A stretch of DNA of 64,000 bases from assembly GCF_037042905.1 (NCBI RefSeq), contig NC_087263.1, forward strand, positions 11,100,001 through 11,164,000, given 5' to 3'. Within the stretch, counting starts at the first letter, position 1. The number at the start of each line of letters is the position of its first letter. Shown here piece by piece: positions 53,601 to 64,000 of this stretch. Below the pieces are notes generated by a model. It was not told the origin of the DNA, made no database searches, and worked only from the letters and a program-made list of their open reading frames with translations. The position numbers were made by a program, and so were the translations under genes. The stretch comes from Lytechinus pictus (Eukaryota).

Positions 53601-53971
53601 ATTACATTGAACATGTCAAGTAAAAAGCCATGTTTTCTTTTTCAGATTCGCCAGGTAGATTATTTCCTATACGATTGTTGTCAACAGCTATCAACATTCT
53701 AGGCTCTGTATTGATGGTCATAGGAAGGGGACATTACACTGTCGATGTCGTCATCGCGATCATCCTCGTCTTCGTAGTCTTTCATTATTACCATTCACAA
53801 GCAAGCATTTACGTCCTCACGAAGAGCAGCGAGCAGCTTCGTTGGTTTCCATTCTTTTATTATTTTGAACGTAACGTTTGCCGAAAGGTTCCGAACGAGT
53901 ACGAGATTCCCCGTATCTTGGATGCGCTTCGCAGTATTATAAGCCAAATAACAGGCAAAAGGCAGCAGTGA
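31810..53971 (+). CDS. SAMD8: Sphingomyelin synthase family protein (SMSr/SAMD8-like); spliced CDS join(31810..32252,50073..50190,52031..52181,53646..53971), 1038 nt, 345 aa
   Basis: GT-AG introns with compatible phases (2,0,1) join four ORF pieces. Motifs: D1 PLPD, D2 RR-x8-Y-x2-R-x6-T, D3 [10 protein letters not shown]4 HYTVDV...F-x2-YH; C-terminal WFP..FE.NV...VPNEY resembles SMSr. The symbol is family-level and orthology is unproven. An alternative in-frame ATG lies at 31873. Confidence 0.9.
32625..32997. repeat. Compound (CA)n/(TA)n/(TG)n microsatellite
   Basis: Direct inspection; similar tracts at 2141-2203, 16385-16490, 35859-36025, 46459-46551. Confidence 0.95.
33036..33107 (+). tRNA. 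tRNA-like gene with TCA anticodon (opal-suppressor-like; repeat-associated; not a canonical tRNA-Sec)
   Basis: Acceptor GTCTCTG/CAGAGAC; D stem GTCT/AGGC; anticodon stem CCGGC/GCTGG with loop GT-TCA-AA (33069-33071); T arm CCGGG-TTCGATT-CCCGG; 4-nt variable loop; T6 at 33108-33113. Confidence 0.75.
33108..33113 (+). terminator. Pol III oligo-T terminator
   Basis: TTTTTT directly after the discriminator base. Confidence 0.65.
33652..34167 (-). mobile_element. Repeat unit with ~110-bp direct repeats (33652-33765, 34059-34167) flanking the degenerate tRNA-like copy
   Basis: Both repeats read caaacaact...gtaaataataaa...gagagaataataga..tgtagcttcactcaa.gtc.ctcagag.tgca...catccatt. Confidence 0.7.
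33787..33851 (-). pseudogene. Degenerate tRNA-like copy, TCA anticodon, ~7-nt D-arm deletion
   Basis: Reverse complement GTCTCCATGGTCTAGTGG-ATTGGC-GTTCAGA-ACCAG-GGAC-CCGGGTTCGATTCCCGG-AGGAGGCA followed by T6. Confidence 0.7.
34322..35748. mobile_element. TIR element carrying ~4 tandem units of ~242 bp
   Basis: TIR aacccctcaaaaaaagttt / aaactttttttgaggagtt; gacct(t/a)gcccc recurs at ~34839, 35081, 35323, 35567. Confidence 0.8.
39775..40087. mobile_element. hAT-type MITE
   Basis: TIR cagggccctgggaa / ttcccagggccatg; degenerate TSD atgtctag/gtgtctgg. Confidence 0.7.
40740..40872. repeat. (TTTTA)n/(ATT)n microsatellite
   Basis: Direct inspection. Confidence 0.95.
43625..43872 (+). mobile_element. 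SINE fragment with conserved core and (AAT)n tail
   Basis: ggacgttaaa...gcacgttaagaaccc resembles core-domain SINEs of invertebrates; no tRNA head visible. Confidence 0.5.
44399..44847. mobile_element. Tc1/mariner-type MITE
   Basis: ta-cagtgcgtccca ... tgggactcactg-ta. Confidence 0.7.
46552..47250. mobile_element. Truncated copy of the MITE at 2683-3668
   Basis: High similarity to 2683-3383; begins in a (TA)n tract. Confidence 0.85.
47423..47461 (-). ncRNA. Mirror copy of the hammerhead motif at 47537-47575
   Basis: Left arm of an 89-bp perfect inverted repeat. Confidence 0.65.
47537..47575 (+). ncRNA. Minimal type-I hammerhead ribozyme motif, U4C core variant
   Basis: GCCU-CCGACGA-A-GAUUC(ugcua)GGAUC-GAA-AGCU-U-AGGC: stem I GCCU/AGGC, palindromic stem III AGCU. 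Confidence 0.65.
47730..49985 (-). mobile_element. Decayed CR1/L2-like LINE RT, split by an insertion
   Basis: [40 protein letters not shown] continues across the 48627-49597 insertion. Confidence 0.85.
48627..49597 (+). mobile_element. HINE/DINE-1-like non-autonomous Helentron-type element
   Basis: Subterminal IR gtctcacct...aggtgagac, 5' hairpin tctcac..gtgaga, short GGC repeat, ~5 internal units of ~150-165 bp, inserted in a T-run without a clear TSD. Confidence 0.75.
50073..50190 (+). CDS. SMS-family gene, coding exon 2 (D2 motif)
   Basis: Acceptor ttttcttacag|[30 protein letters not shown]; donor ATA|GTAAGT at 50191. Confidence 0.92.
50527..50660. mobile_element. Harbinger-type MITE nested in other repeats
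   Basis: TIR gggcccgttgcataa / ttatgcaacgggccc; 3-bp TSD cag. Confidence 0.8.
52031..52181 (+). CDS. SMS-family gene, coding exon 3 (D3 motif CGDYMFSGH)
   Basis: Acceptor cttttctaag|GAA; donor T|GTGAGT at 52182. Confidence 0.93.
52700..53255. mobile_element. TTAA-type MITE in intron 3
   Basis: TIR ggtccgggctgaaaatattta / aaatattttcagcccggacc. Confidence 0.78.
53646..53971 (+). CDS. SMS-family gene, last coding exon (D4 motif HYTVDV)
   Basis: Acceptor ttttctttttcag|AT; split codon T+AT=Tyr gives IEYSP; stop TGA at 53969-53971. Confidence 0.93.
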
Positions 53972-56599
53972 TTTGATAATTCATTTTTTTAATGTACAAA
54001 TCAGTGCCTGGTGTTTCCAGCGATGTAAGTCAAGGGATACCAATTAAAGGGGAAACTCACCATGACGATAAGTTGGTTTTAATACAAAGAGAAAAATGTA
54101 TATAAAAAATAATGGTGAATGTTTTGATGAAAATCCATCAGTTTAATAGGAGAGTTACGATAAAAAAGTTTGTAATGTGTGACGTCGTATTCGAGCAGCT
54201 CCCTCATACATCATCTACTATGAATTCCAAATTGTTTAATTGAACATGATTAAAAAAATTTTTTCTGAAGGGAAGGGATGTCAAATGATGTGTTTAGTGA
54301 TATATCCGCTGCAAAAATGAAATCACTCTCGCATGACATATGGAGGAGCTGCTCGTTTGTGACGTCACAAAAAATATAAATATGAATCGTAACTCGTGTC
54401 ATTTCTTAACAGATTTTCATCAAACATTTATGATTTTTTTTTCTGACGTTGTTGAAATTATGGTCCATGTTGAAACCAACTAATCGTCGGGGTGTCTAGC
54501 CTCTGGCCGAACATGACGTTTGTGGGGCTACGTTGATTCAATTTAGCTAACGCGGTTTGATTGTCACGCAATGTACCGAATGATATCTTGTCAGAAAAAA
54601 ATAACCATCAATCTAAACTTGGCGATTACTAGCATATAATATAACCTGTTTACTATTTGAGTCTGCTGCTTTGCCTTCCTTAACATGCATGTCTTGCCAC
54701 AGCTGTTTTTTCTTAAAAGAAATCTAGCGAATTTCTTTTAAAACTGTCTAAACCCCCAAAACCAAATCGGAAAAAAGACGCGAGATAGAAACATATATAA
54801 AAGAAAATACACCAAAGCAACAATCGGTGTTGCGTTGCTGTACATGTTCATGTTTATTCTTTTGAAAAAAACCTATTTACCATTCAATTTCCCAAAGCTA
54901 TATTTCCGTTGTTTCCAGTTTGACTCAAAAAATTGTTAGTCGATTGTAATGCTCTAAATTGGCATGTCCTTTTATTACTATTGTTCATTATAAAGGCTGC
55001 ATTATGTAGAATTGTTTTGTATTTACGGTTGCTGGTAGGTAAGTATCCAAGTATTTTTTTAACATTGAGTACTAAAGGCCCGGTTCCACTGCACTTACGG
55101 ATGCAAAGGGGATGTAAAACGGAAAAGAATCTGGCCATCCGTTGGAAAACGTTATGTATCCGTATCTTTGCATACGTGTTTCATACACTCTATATCCATC
55201 GAGCATTCGTCCACTGTGACTTCATTGTTCGCCCATTTTGTCTATTGTCTGGCGCGGATGAAAACGGATTGAGCCACCGCGAAATTTTGCTAGTCCCCTG
55301 TATCCGTTATGAATACGTTTTGTGTCCGTCGGCCCGTAGTAGGACCAGGCCTAATATGAATATGCAATAATCGCGAACCTTGATCCAACAAGAGAAATTT
55401 GGACACTACAGTGTACTACTCTTTATACAGTCATATTGGTACTATTTATTAGTTACATGTATATACATGCCTTACGACATCTCTAAGATTATGTACGGTT
55501 AAATGTGCTTCAGTGCTGAAAGAAATAAATCGAGCTGAAATAATTTGAATTTGTAGGTCACACTCTTCAATCATATGGTTTCTTTCATTCGATGAAATAA
55601 ATTCAATTGGTTGGGTGAGCAATACATATGTCTATTAAGTGTGTAGATTAAAGAATCTTGCATTCATTTTCTTTTTATAAAATATACGATTATGATATCT
55701 GTATGTGATGTATATATATATATAAATGTAGATTTCTATTGGATCAACTTATAAGCTTTCGTATTGTTGTAATCATCATCATATTTAAAATTTAAGTATG
55801 GATTACACACTAAAAAAAATAAAAAAATGAATTAAAATATTGATAAAGATAAGCCAAGCAGCTGTTAACTCAAACACGTTTAGGAAACTGTTATATGCAG
55901 CTGCACATTATTATTTTTGAAGAGTCAAGTTTGACTAGGATAATGTCACCTGGAGTCAAATCTGTTTCCAGTCAAACAATGATCCATTCCGAGTCACTTT
56001 GACTTTGAGTTAATTGAGGGGTTTTAAGCATCCCACACCTTTCAAATTCAAATAAATTCGAAATCTGGAGTCACTGTAACTCTTGGTAGGTTTGACTAAA
56101 GGCTGAAAGTATTCAGAGTCAAATTTGACTCCGCAGGAACAAGCGTGTGACTATTTGCCAAGAAACTTTCATTTGTTTATAGTAAGAGTACTGTGCATGG
56201 ATGACATCCTGTTCTATGAAAATCAGAATTGTGGAAGCTACATTCACAATCGCTTACTAATACTTTTCAAGAGGCTGTAAATTAAAATGGAGCTAAATGC
56301 GAATAAAATGTAATATGTATCTTATTCCGCTTAAATACAAAAGTGTCTTGCTCGATAGATAACATGTCTTTCTTACCTAGAAACTGATTCAAATATTGGA
56401 AAATATTGATGTGTGACTACCACTCCGATTCTTTCACTACGCCTATGACTTATCTTTCAGCACCTTTCGTGCACCTATTCTGTAAAAATTTAAGCTTTTA
56501 TCTTTATTATGTAATGTAACAATTAAATATGATACATTTAAACTTAAAAATATTGGTGGATAACAGTGTTTGGTCCTGGACAAATTATTTACCAATTTA

Positions 56600-57085
56600 T
56601 CATTCTTGCCAAATTATTTAACCTATTAAGCTATCTTTGTTCGTTAAGGAATGATGAGTGAAAATATTATCGTTACAAATTTTTAACCACGTATATACGC
56701 CTGGCATTTCTTCGTCTATGAGATGGGCATTTTAGGAAATTGATTGAATAACTTGGTATTAATGAGTCTGCCTTACATTAGATATTCTGTCAAATAATTT
56801 AATATATTAAGTTATCTTTGTTCATTAAGGAACGATGAGTGAAAATAACATGGTTACAAATTTTAAACCACGTATACGCCTCTCAATTTTTTGTCTTATA
56901 TGATTGTAACTATAGGATATTGATCAACTAACTTTGAATTAAAGGGTTTGACTTACATTATATATTCTGCCAAACTATTTAATCTATTAACATTAAACTA
57001 TGTTTATTCATAAGGAATGATGGGTGAAAATCATATGGTTATATGTTTTTAATGACGCCTGATATTTCTCTGTCTTTCAAGATGG
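56600..57085. repeat. Diverged tandem repeat, ~3 x ~183 bp
   Basis: taaggaa.gatg.gtgaaaat recurs at ~56645, 56826, 57011. Confidence 0.8.
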
Positions 57086-59364
57086 TCACTATAGAAAATT
57101 GTATTTTAACGGTTTTGAACATAGATGTAGGCATAGAATATTGTGAGGGGGAAATGAATGCTCCATACCTTTTTAAAGTTTAGCCGGGGTTATTTGAAAT
57201 AAAGTACCGAGCGATTTATTATTATTACAATTTTTATGATTATTTATGATAGTATCAGTATTATTATTTAAATAATAATAATAATATATCGCATAAACTA
57301 TCAAATATAGTACATGATTATAATACATATATATATATAAATATATATATATATAAATATATGTATATATATATATATATAATACATAATCCGAGCCTTA
57401 TTTAACTCTGGCTACCCATGTACTTGTGCGATCATGGTGAAAACACATTTATTTCTGCGAAGCCTTGTAAAGCTGCGGAGCCTTGTAAAATTGCTTAAAG
57501 ACAATTTGCCCCAACCCAATTGCGTATTTGGCTCACTGTATATCGTTGTGAATAAACTATTCTGAAATAATTTCTTAGAACACCCCCTCATTTCCATACA
57601 CATTTGACTTTATTTTGAATAAGTTTTTATTATCATATAACATTATTCTATTGTACAATTGTTATTAATTGACCTCTTCTTCGTTTGTAATTATATTTTA
57701 TTTGTATTTGTACTTGAAAATATTCACAGTAAAAATGCTGTTCAAAATTTTACTCAACGCTGTTCACAATTATGACTATAAGCCTAAAAGTAGTTGTTTG
57801 ACATTTTACACAACCAAGCTTAATTCAATAAGAATTAGATATTGAATTTTTTTAAACACTTGCTTAAACTACTTTAAAACCTGCTAAAAGGTTGATACAG
57901 ATTTAGTTAACAGCGTTGTCAAAAAATCCAAATATCGTGTTTACCGTGTATATATTTGTGATGGAAATGAACTAAATTTCTTGAATCATGAATGTACATT
58001 ATTGCCAAAAGATTTGATGTTCCAACACACGCTAAAAAGGAAGAGTAAACAAAAATTACCCAATATTGGGTAAAAAAGGAGCAAGCATGTTTGTTGTGTA
58101 ATTTTTCCCCAATATTGGATAAAATGCAAGTTTAAAGGGTAAATTTCAACGCAACATTGCGTTGAAATATACCCAACGATCATACATGTTCCCACTTTAC
58201 CCAATATTGGGTAAACTTTTTAGAGTGCACGAGTGTGTAGTGATTCTGTAGGCCCTATACTACGTACTGTCAGTGTCATCTTTCACAAGAACGAGCAGTA
58301 CGCCCCCCTCCCCTTTGCCCAAGGCTGATATATATATATATATATATATGCATATATATATATATATATATATAGGTTGTGGGTTCCATATTATATTGGC
58401 TTCATTGTGAAATATGTTTGTTTTTTCCTCGATTTCTTTGATTCTTCTAAGATACTTTTTCGCAACTGTTAGGACAGAGAATTATCTCTACTTCAAACTC
58501 ACAAAAAAATTACACTAAAGCAATCATAAAGTTTAAGTAAGAATGAAATCGTCCTGCTTTGGACCTTTAATCAAAACTTTGCATCTCGTAAGCAAAGTTA
58601 AAAACAACAAAAGTTTCTTCCGATTCGCAACAACATGCTTCAATTATAATTTCAGCAGGTTCGATAAAATTGTAAATCGAACATTGTTTCACAATTTGTA
58701 TGACCGTCACTCAAATCCCAATGCATTCAACTCTTATTTCGGCTATTAGTGGATTATGACTATGAGCTCGCTAGTTCAACCTAAGGCTAAGCCTACTTAG
58801 ATCTAGATCTAGATTAGAATTTACAATACACTCAGGCCTGTCTAACGACGTTACAAATACATGTACGATACCGGTGCAAACTAAATGATGTTAGACCCAG
58901 ATTACTTAGATTTGTTACTGAAGTTTGGTTTAATTTTACCAAAAATAAATGTTGGGGCCCAGTACTAGCAGTGAGACTGAATTCAGTTTTATTCTGGGAG
59001 TCTCCATGGGGTACTCACAGTCCAGTTCGCGAACTAATTGCCGATTATTGTGTTCATGTGATTGTGAAGTTCATCCAAGGCAATACTAGTTGACAGCGTT
59101 CACTGTGCAGCCCACATTAATGTTGTGTAGATTACATCTCCGAAGCGTACTATGTGCGTGTAGTCCCAACAGTTCATTTAAATGTTATGCACAGACATTT
59201 TCGAACTCGGTTCCAAATCTCATTATTCAATGCGTGGAAACATTCAGGCCAAAGTCCACATCTTGGTAGAAAGAATAATCAGTTCAGCTAATATTCAAAA
59301 TAACTTTCATCTTGGGTCAAAATCATACAGGGTTGAAAAGAACGACGAAGTTTCACCCGTTAAA

Positions 59365-59430
59365 ATACAATACGTCACTTTCCTTTTCACGCGTTCCGCT
59401 TCCCACACAGTTCACCAATGCCAATCGTTT
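59365..59430 (-). promoter_or_regulatory. Candidate promoter (CRE-like tacgtcac, tandem CCAAT) of a possible minus-strand transcript
   Basis: CCAAT at 59415 and 59421, tacgtcac at 59371, apparently unique sequence, donor-like GTGAGT on the minus strand at 59018. Confidence 0.3.
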
Positions 59431-60020
59431 TTCCGAAACCATGGAAACAGTCCATTAGTCATGTTCCGAAGAGCAAAATCTTAATTCTCACTACATGATA
59501 ATAATATGTTGAAATAAACTTAACCTTAATACGATACTATCAAGTTTATTCGTAACACAACCTTCAACCGGGTCGTTAATCTTACCCGTCAAACGAAAAT
59601 TGCATTTATTATATTTTTGAAATTGCTTGAAATTTGCGCCCTCTTTTTATGACATTCTGTTGAAATAACATCTTTTGGCTGATATTGGTACTTGCGTGGG
59701 ACGAGGTTGGAATGAATTACGTATTTAGACTTTGGCGCATTTTTTGTTAGCGTTTTCTGTGCCAATCAGTATTCGAAATAACTGAAATGTTACATGATGA
59801 CTAATGTATTTTTGCTTTAGTGTGTATGGCTCGCCTGAATGGTATTGCAATTTTGAGGTTACCACTTTAGTTCAGGTCCCCGATTCTTTCAATCAGGTTT
59901 GCATTTTCTTGCCTGTATGTCGATGAGAGAGTCTGTGATGTCACACTTTATCTTTTTTCTTTTAGCATTTTATTTGAGTCATCGATCACTTCAATTTCCA
60001 TAATTTCGGTTAAAAAGGAA

Positions 60021-60276
60021 CACTGGCGTACAGATGGGTGGATCTTCCCCTTAACCCCCCCCCCCCTCAAAAAAAAAATCCCGACCTAGAAAAAAAAGGG
60101 GCGAGAAAAGGGTGAAATATGAAATTATTTTCTGAATATTATGTCAAAATATATCGCAACATTGGATTTTTCTTGTAAAAATTTCAAAATTTTTGGTCGC
60201 ACGCAACTTTTTATAAATTTTACGTGATACGCAATATCTAGCCCCCCCCTCAATTTGTTGGCTCATTACGCCACTG
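60021..60276. mobile_element. hAT-type MITE
   Basis: TIR cactggcgta / tacgccactg; 8-bp TSD aaaaggaa. Confidence 0.88.
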
Positions 60277-60321
60277 AAAAGGAAGGTCTTTATTGATTAA
60301 AATATATCTGGCTGTATTGAT

Positions 60322-61792
60322 CACTGGTGTAAATCCGTGTTGATGGGTGGGGGGGATGACTGAAATATTTTGGCATTTTTTTGCAATCATGTTTTTAGAT
60401 ATGCAAGGAATTGTCATTGATATGTCCACAGTGGCGTACCGTGGGTCACGGCATTGGGGAGGGGGGCACCAGTAAAATTTTTGAATCACTAAGTGAGTGC
60501 GCGAAGCGCGCTAAGTTGCCAGTTATACTGACCTAATAGAGACATTTTAAGGACAATGTCATTAAACGGATATGTATCTCACTGATCAAATAATGCGAGC
60601 GCGAAGCGCGAGCTAAATTTTTTTATATTCACACCTAAAAAGGGACAATATAATAAAATTTGTGTAATCATGATAGGTACCTGTCTCGCTAAACAATGCG
60701 CGCACGAAGCGCGAGCTGAAAACTTAGATAATTCAGACCTGAAGTGAGGTATTCTAAGGTTTCTTTGTAGGAATTAACTAGGACCATACGTATTTCATTA
60801 ACCAAATGATGCGAGCGCGAAGCGCGAGCTGAAAATTTTTGATATTCAGATCAGAAGGGACATTTTAAGGACTGATTTTAGGAATTCATGAAGAGCAGAC
60901 ATATCTCACCAATCCACTAGTGCGAACGTAATCACGGACAGGAAATGTTTCATATATAAGAAGACCTTAACATGGGGCAATCACTTTTGAGTCATGAAAA
61001 AGAAGCATATGTCACTACATAAAACAATGATAACTCAAGTGCTAGGAAATATATTTGGTTTATATTGACTTGAAAACGGGATGTTTTAGTACAACAGGAT
61101 TATATATCTCGTTAAACAGACAATGCGAGCACCAGGAACAATAAAAAAAGACGTAGGCCCTGGGCAAATTATGTTTCATAAAGTTGTAATGTAACATAAC
61201 ATAATTATAATATAATATAACATTATAATGAATATTTTCTTCTTTCCCACTACGTTTCTCTTCCTTTCTCCCTTTTTTCTCCTTTCCCCCTTTCCCCGTT
61301 TTTTTTGTCAGCCGATGGGGGGGGGGGGGGATGTGCCCCCCATGCCCCCCGTAGTTACGCCACTGTATGTCCATATGGCAAATACCCCTCCAATATTATT
61401 ATCTCTTTTTACCCCATTATGGTTTAATGGTTTTATTAGAGATTACATTCAAAAATTTTTGACATTCCATCTTAATCCCTTCCCAAAGACCCCAACATTG
61501 ATGAATTGGAAGAAACAGGGGTTTCTCTTCAATGTTATAATAAGGACATAAGTATTTCGTTTGGAAATGGTGAAATGGCTCTTTATTTGCATTTTATGAT
61601 TCAATAATATTGTTTTATTTGTTAAGCGGTATTTTAGGAAGAATTTTCACCAATAAAACAATTATCTCTTGTGATTTTTTTTTTCATTTCTTTCGTAAAA
61701 AGTGGGGGGGGGATGTTTGTACAGGCCATCCCCCCTCCTCGAAAAGTGGGGGGATATATCCCCCATCCCCCCCCCCGGGATTTACGCCAGTG
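60322..61792. mobile_element. hAT-type MITE hosting a nested insertion
   Basis: TIR cactggtgtaaatcc / ggatttacgccagtg; 8-bp TSD gtattgat. Confidence 0.88.
60429..61365. mobile_element. Nested hAT-type MITE with gcgcgaagcgcg subrepeats
   Basis: TIR cagtggcgta / tacgccactg; 8-bp TSD tatgtcca. Confidence 0.9.
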
Positions 61793-62149
61793 GTATTGAT
61801 ATATGGTGATGTTAACACGTTACATGACGAATCACACCAATTCCCCAAATTATTTGAGTAAAGAAGGGAAATGTTTTATTAGTACAGAATAATAAGTCAT
61901 AAAAGAAACCAAAGATGTAACATCAAAGTCTTCTTCGTTACGCGTTCGTGATGTGTATATCACTGCTCTGTGCAAAAAAGGTAACGATTCAAAATATCAT
62001 TACTTTGTAATTTACTTATCTCATTTGATGGAATTTAAAGAAATCACGCTTGTTTGATTTTTATATCAGTATTCAACTCGTTTCTGGATGGCGTGGAACT
62101 TGAATGGAATCGCTCGTAGTACCATTGCTATTTTGCTATTGTAGTACCA

Positions 62150-63210
62150 TAGCTATTTTGCAAACATTGGTGCTGACCTAGCTGCTAATATACCTCCAAC
62201 AGTTCCCCATATTCTTCTCATTGTGATTCTCCCGATTTTTTTTTTTTTCGCTTCATACTGTAACTGAAGACGATGTATTTAATATCATATGTGGCTTGAA
62301 AAACAAGAAATCTGTTTGGAATCGATTGTATCTAAAAATCCGTTTTGCTAATGTTATACAATACTCTTATTTTACCATATCTCAGTTACTGTAATATTGT
62401 TAGGGCAAATACTCATCCAATTAAACTCAAATGTTTATACCTCCTGCAAAAGAGGGTTGTCAGAATAATTACACTTTCTCATTATCAAGCCCATTCTAGC
62501 CCACTATTTAAACATGTCAATATATTAGATGTATACCAATTAAATGACTATATGTGTGCAATTCTCATATCTAAACATGTAAACACTCAACTTCCTAAAT
62601 ACATATAGGATATGTTTGTAAAGAACAGTTTAATTCATACTTATAATACTACAAACAGGAATCAATACCACAGATGGAAAGTTAATACAGAATTTGCTTT
62701 TTATTCATGTAGGCATCATGCTCCTACAATCTGGAATTCACTCCTTACATGTATAACCTCAATTTCATTTTATAACAGATTTAAGCACAATGTAAAGCTA
62801 TATATGATCAAACGTGACTCTCGTTGAATTTTAAATGATTTTTGTCTTCTTTCTACTCTCAATCCCCCCCCCCCCCTCTGCTTTTCATTCTCTCCTACCC
62901 TTTACATGTATGTTTATTCTGGGTTTTGTCTTGGTGCAAGACGCAAATCATTTTTAGTTTCTGAATATTTACTGAATTGTTCTCCGCTTTTATTAATTGA
63001 TAAAATCCTATGTTATTAAGGGAGCTGTCTTGACATGACCTTTATCATGTTTATAGTTTTTTACAGCTATACCTAATTTCAATACTTTTTCTATTCAATA
63101 TTTCATGTACATACCATTGAATTACTTTATTTTATCTTGAATTGAATTTTTTATTCAATGTGTTGTTAAATGTTTTTAATATTGGAATTGAATAAAGTTG
63201 AACTGAAGTG
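62150..63210 (+). mobile_element. CR1/L2-like LINE 3' part
   Basis: LYNTLILPYLSYCNIV...LQKRVVRIIT...HSSPLFK; AATAAA plus short tandem tail near 63190. Confidence 0.82.
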
Positions 63211-63214
63211 AACT

Positions 63215-64000
63215 ATCTCAATGAATATGCTCAAGTTGTCTGCCCCCATCATTGTCCATTCTCTTACTTACCTTATAAACAAATCATTGTCAGATGGTGT
63301 CGTACCAATAGAATGGAAACAGGCTAAATTAATTCCCTTACATAAGGTAACTGAATGTAAAGATGTAAATATGGCTTGGGCAAATTTTAAATCTATATTC
63401 TTGTCAATTATAGATATGAGCGCACCTCTGAAAGAGGTAAGAATTAAGCAATCAACTGAAAAATGGATGAACCATGAAATTATTGTTTTAATTAAAGAGA
63501 GAAATGTAGCTTACAAAAATATGAAAAGGAATATTGGCAATTTAGACCTTGAAAGGAAATATAAAGTTTTAAGGAATTCAGTTCAAAGGAAGGTAAGAAG
63601 TGCCAAAACCGAATACTTTCAAGAACAAATCGAAGAAAACAAACATGACTCTAGAAAATTGTGGAAGAATTTGAAATGTTTAGGTCTAAAAAGTAAAGGG
63701 AAATCTGATCAAAAAACAGTTATTAATGTGCAAGGTGAATTAAGTCACGATAAGGCTAAAATTGCAAATGAGTTTAATCGTTATTTTACAACTGTGGCCG
63801 ACAAGTTAGTTTGTAAATTACCAGTAAATACAAACAAATTTCATGCAGAAAGTGACCAATTTCAAAAGTTTTATGAAGAAAAGGGTATTTTAAAAGGTAG
63901 TTTTCATTTTTCCCCTGTTACAGAAAAATTTGTTTTAGATGAACTAAATAGGTTGAAAATATCAAAAAGTACTGGTTTAGATAAGATACCTGCAAGATTT
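63215..64000 (+). mobile_element. LINE ORF2 fragments, running off the window
   Basis: WKQAKLIPLHK, then linker region ...KSTGLDKIPARF; homologous to 10850-11600. Confidence 0.8.

Noticed and set aside
54933..55370. 145-aa ORF downstream of the SMS gene
   Set aside because: Overlaps a small TIR element (ggcccggttccact / agtaggaccaggcc); no domain features

Overview
AT-rich, repeat-dense eukaryotic genomic DNA. The repeat landscape resembles an invertebrate deuterostome such as a sea urchin (inference, no database check). One protein-coding gene is supported: a 4-exon sphingomyelin-synthase-family (SMSr/SAMD8-like) gene on the + strand, join(31810..32252, 50073..50190, 52031..52181, 53646..53971), 345 aa, with motifs D1-D4. 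It shows no SAM domain and has Gly rather than Asp/Glu before the catalytic His. The rest is mostly decayed LINEs (CR1/L2-like, RTE-like), tRNA-derived SINEs, MITEs (hAT-, Tc1/mariner-, TTAA- and Harbinger-type), a HINE/DINE-like element and microsatellites. The most unusual signals are short repeats lodged next to (TA)n tracts. Two families carry minimal type-I hammerhead ribozyme motifs in inverted, Penelope-like arrangements. A third carries a complete tRNA cloverleaf with a UCA (UGA-reading) anticodon and a Pol III terminator, plus a diverged second copy with compensatory stem changes. Nearly all other ORFs in the track are microsatellite or repeat artefacts.
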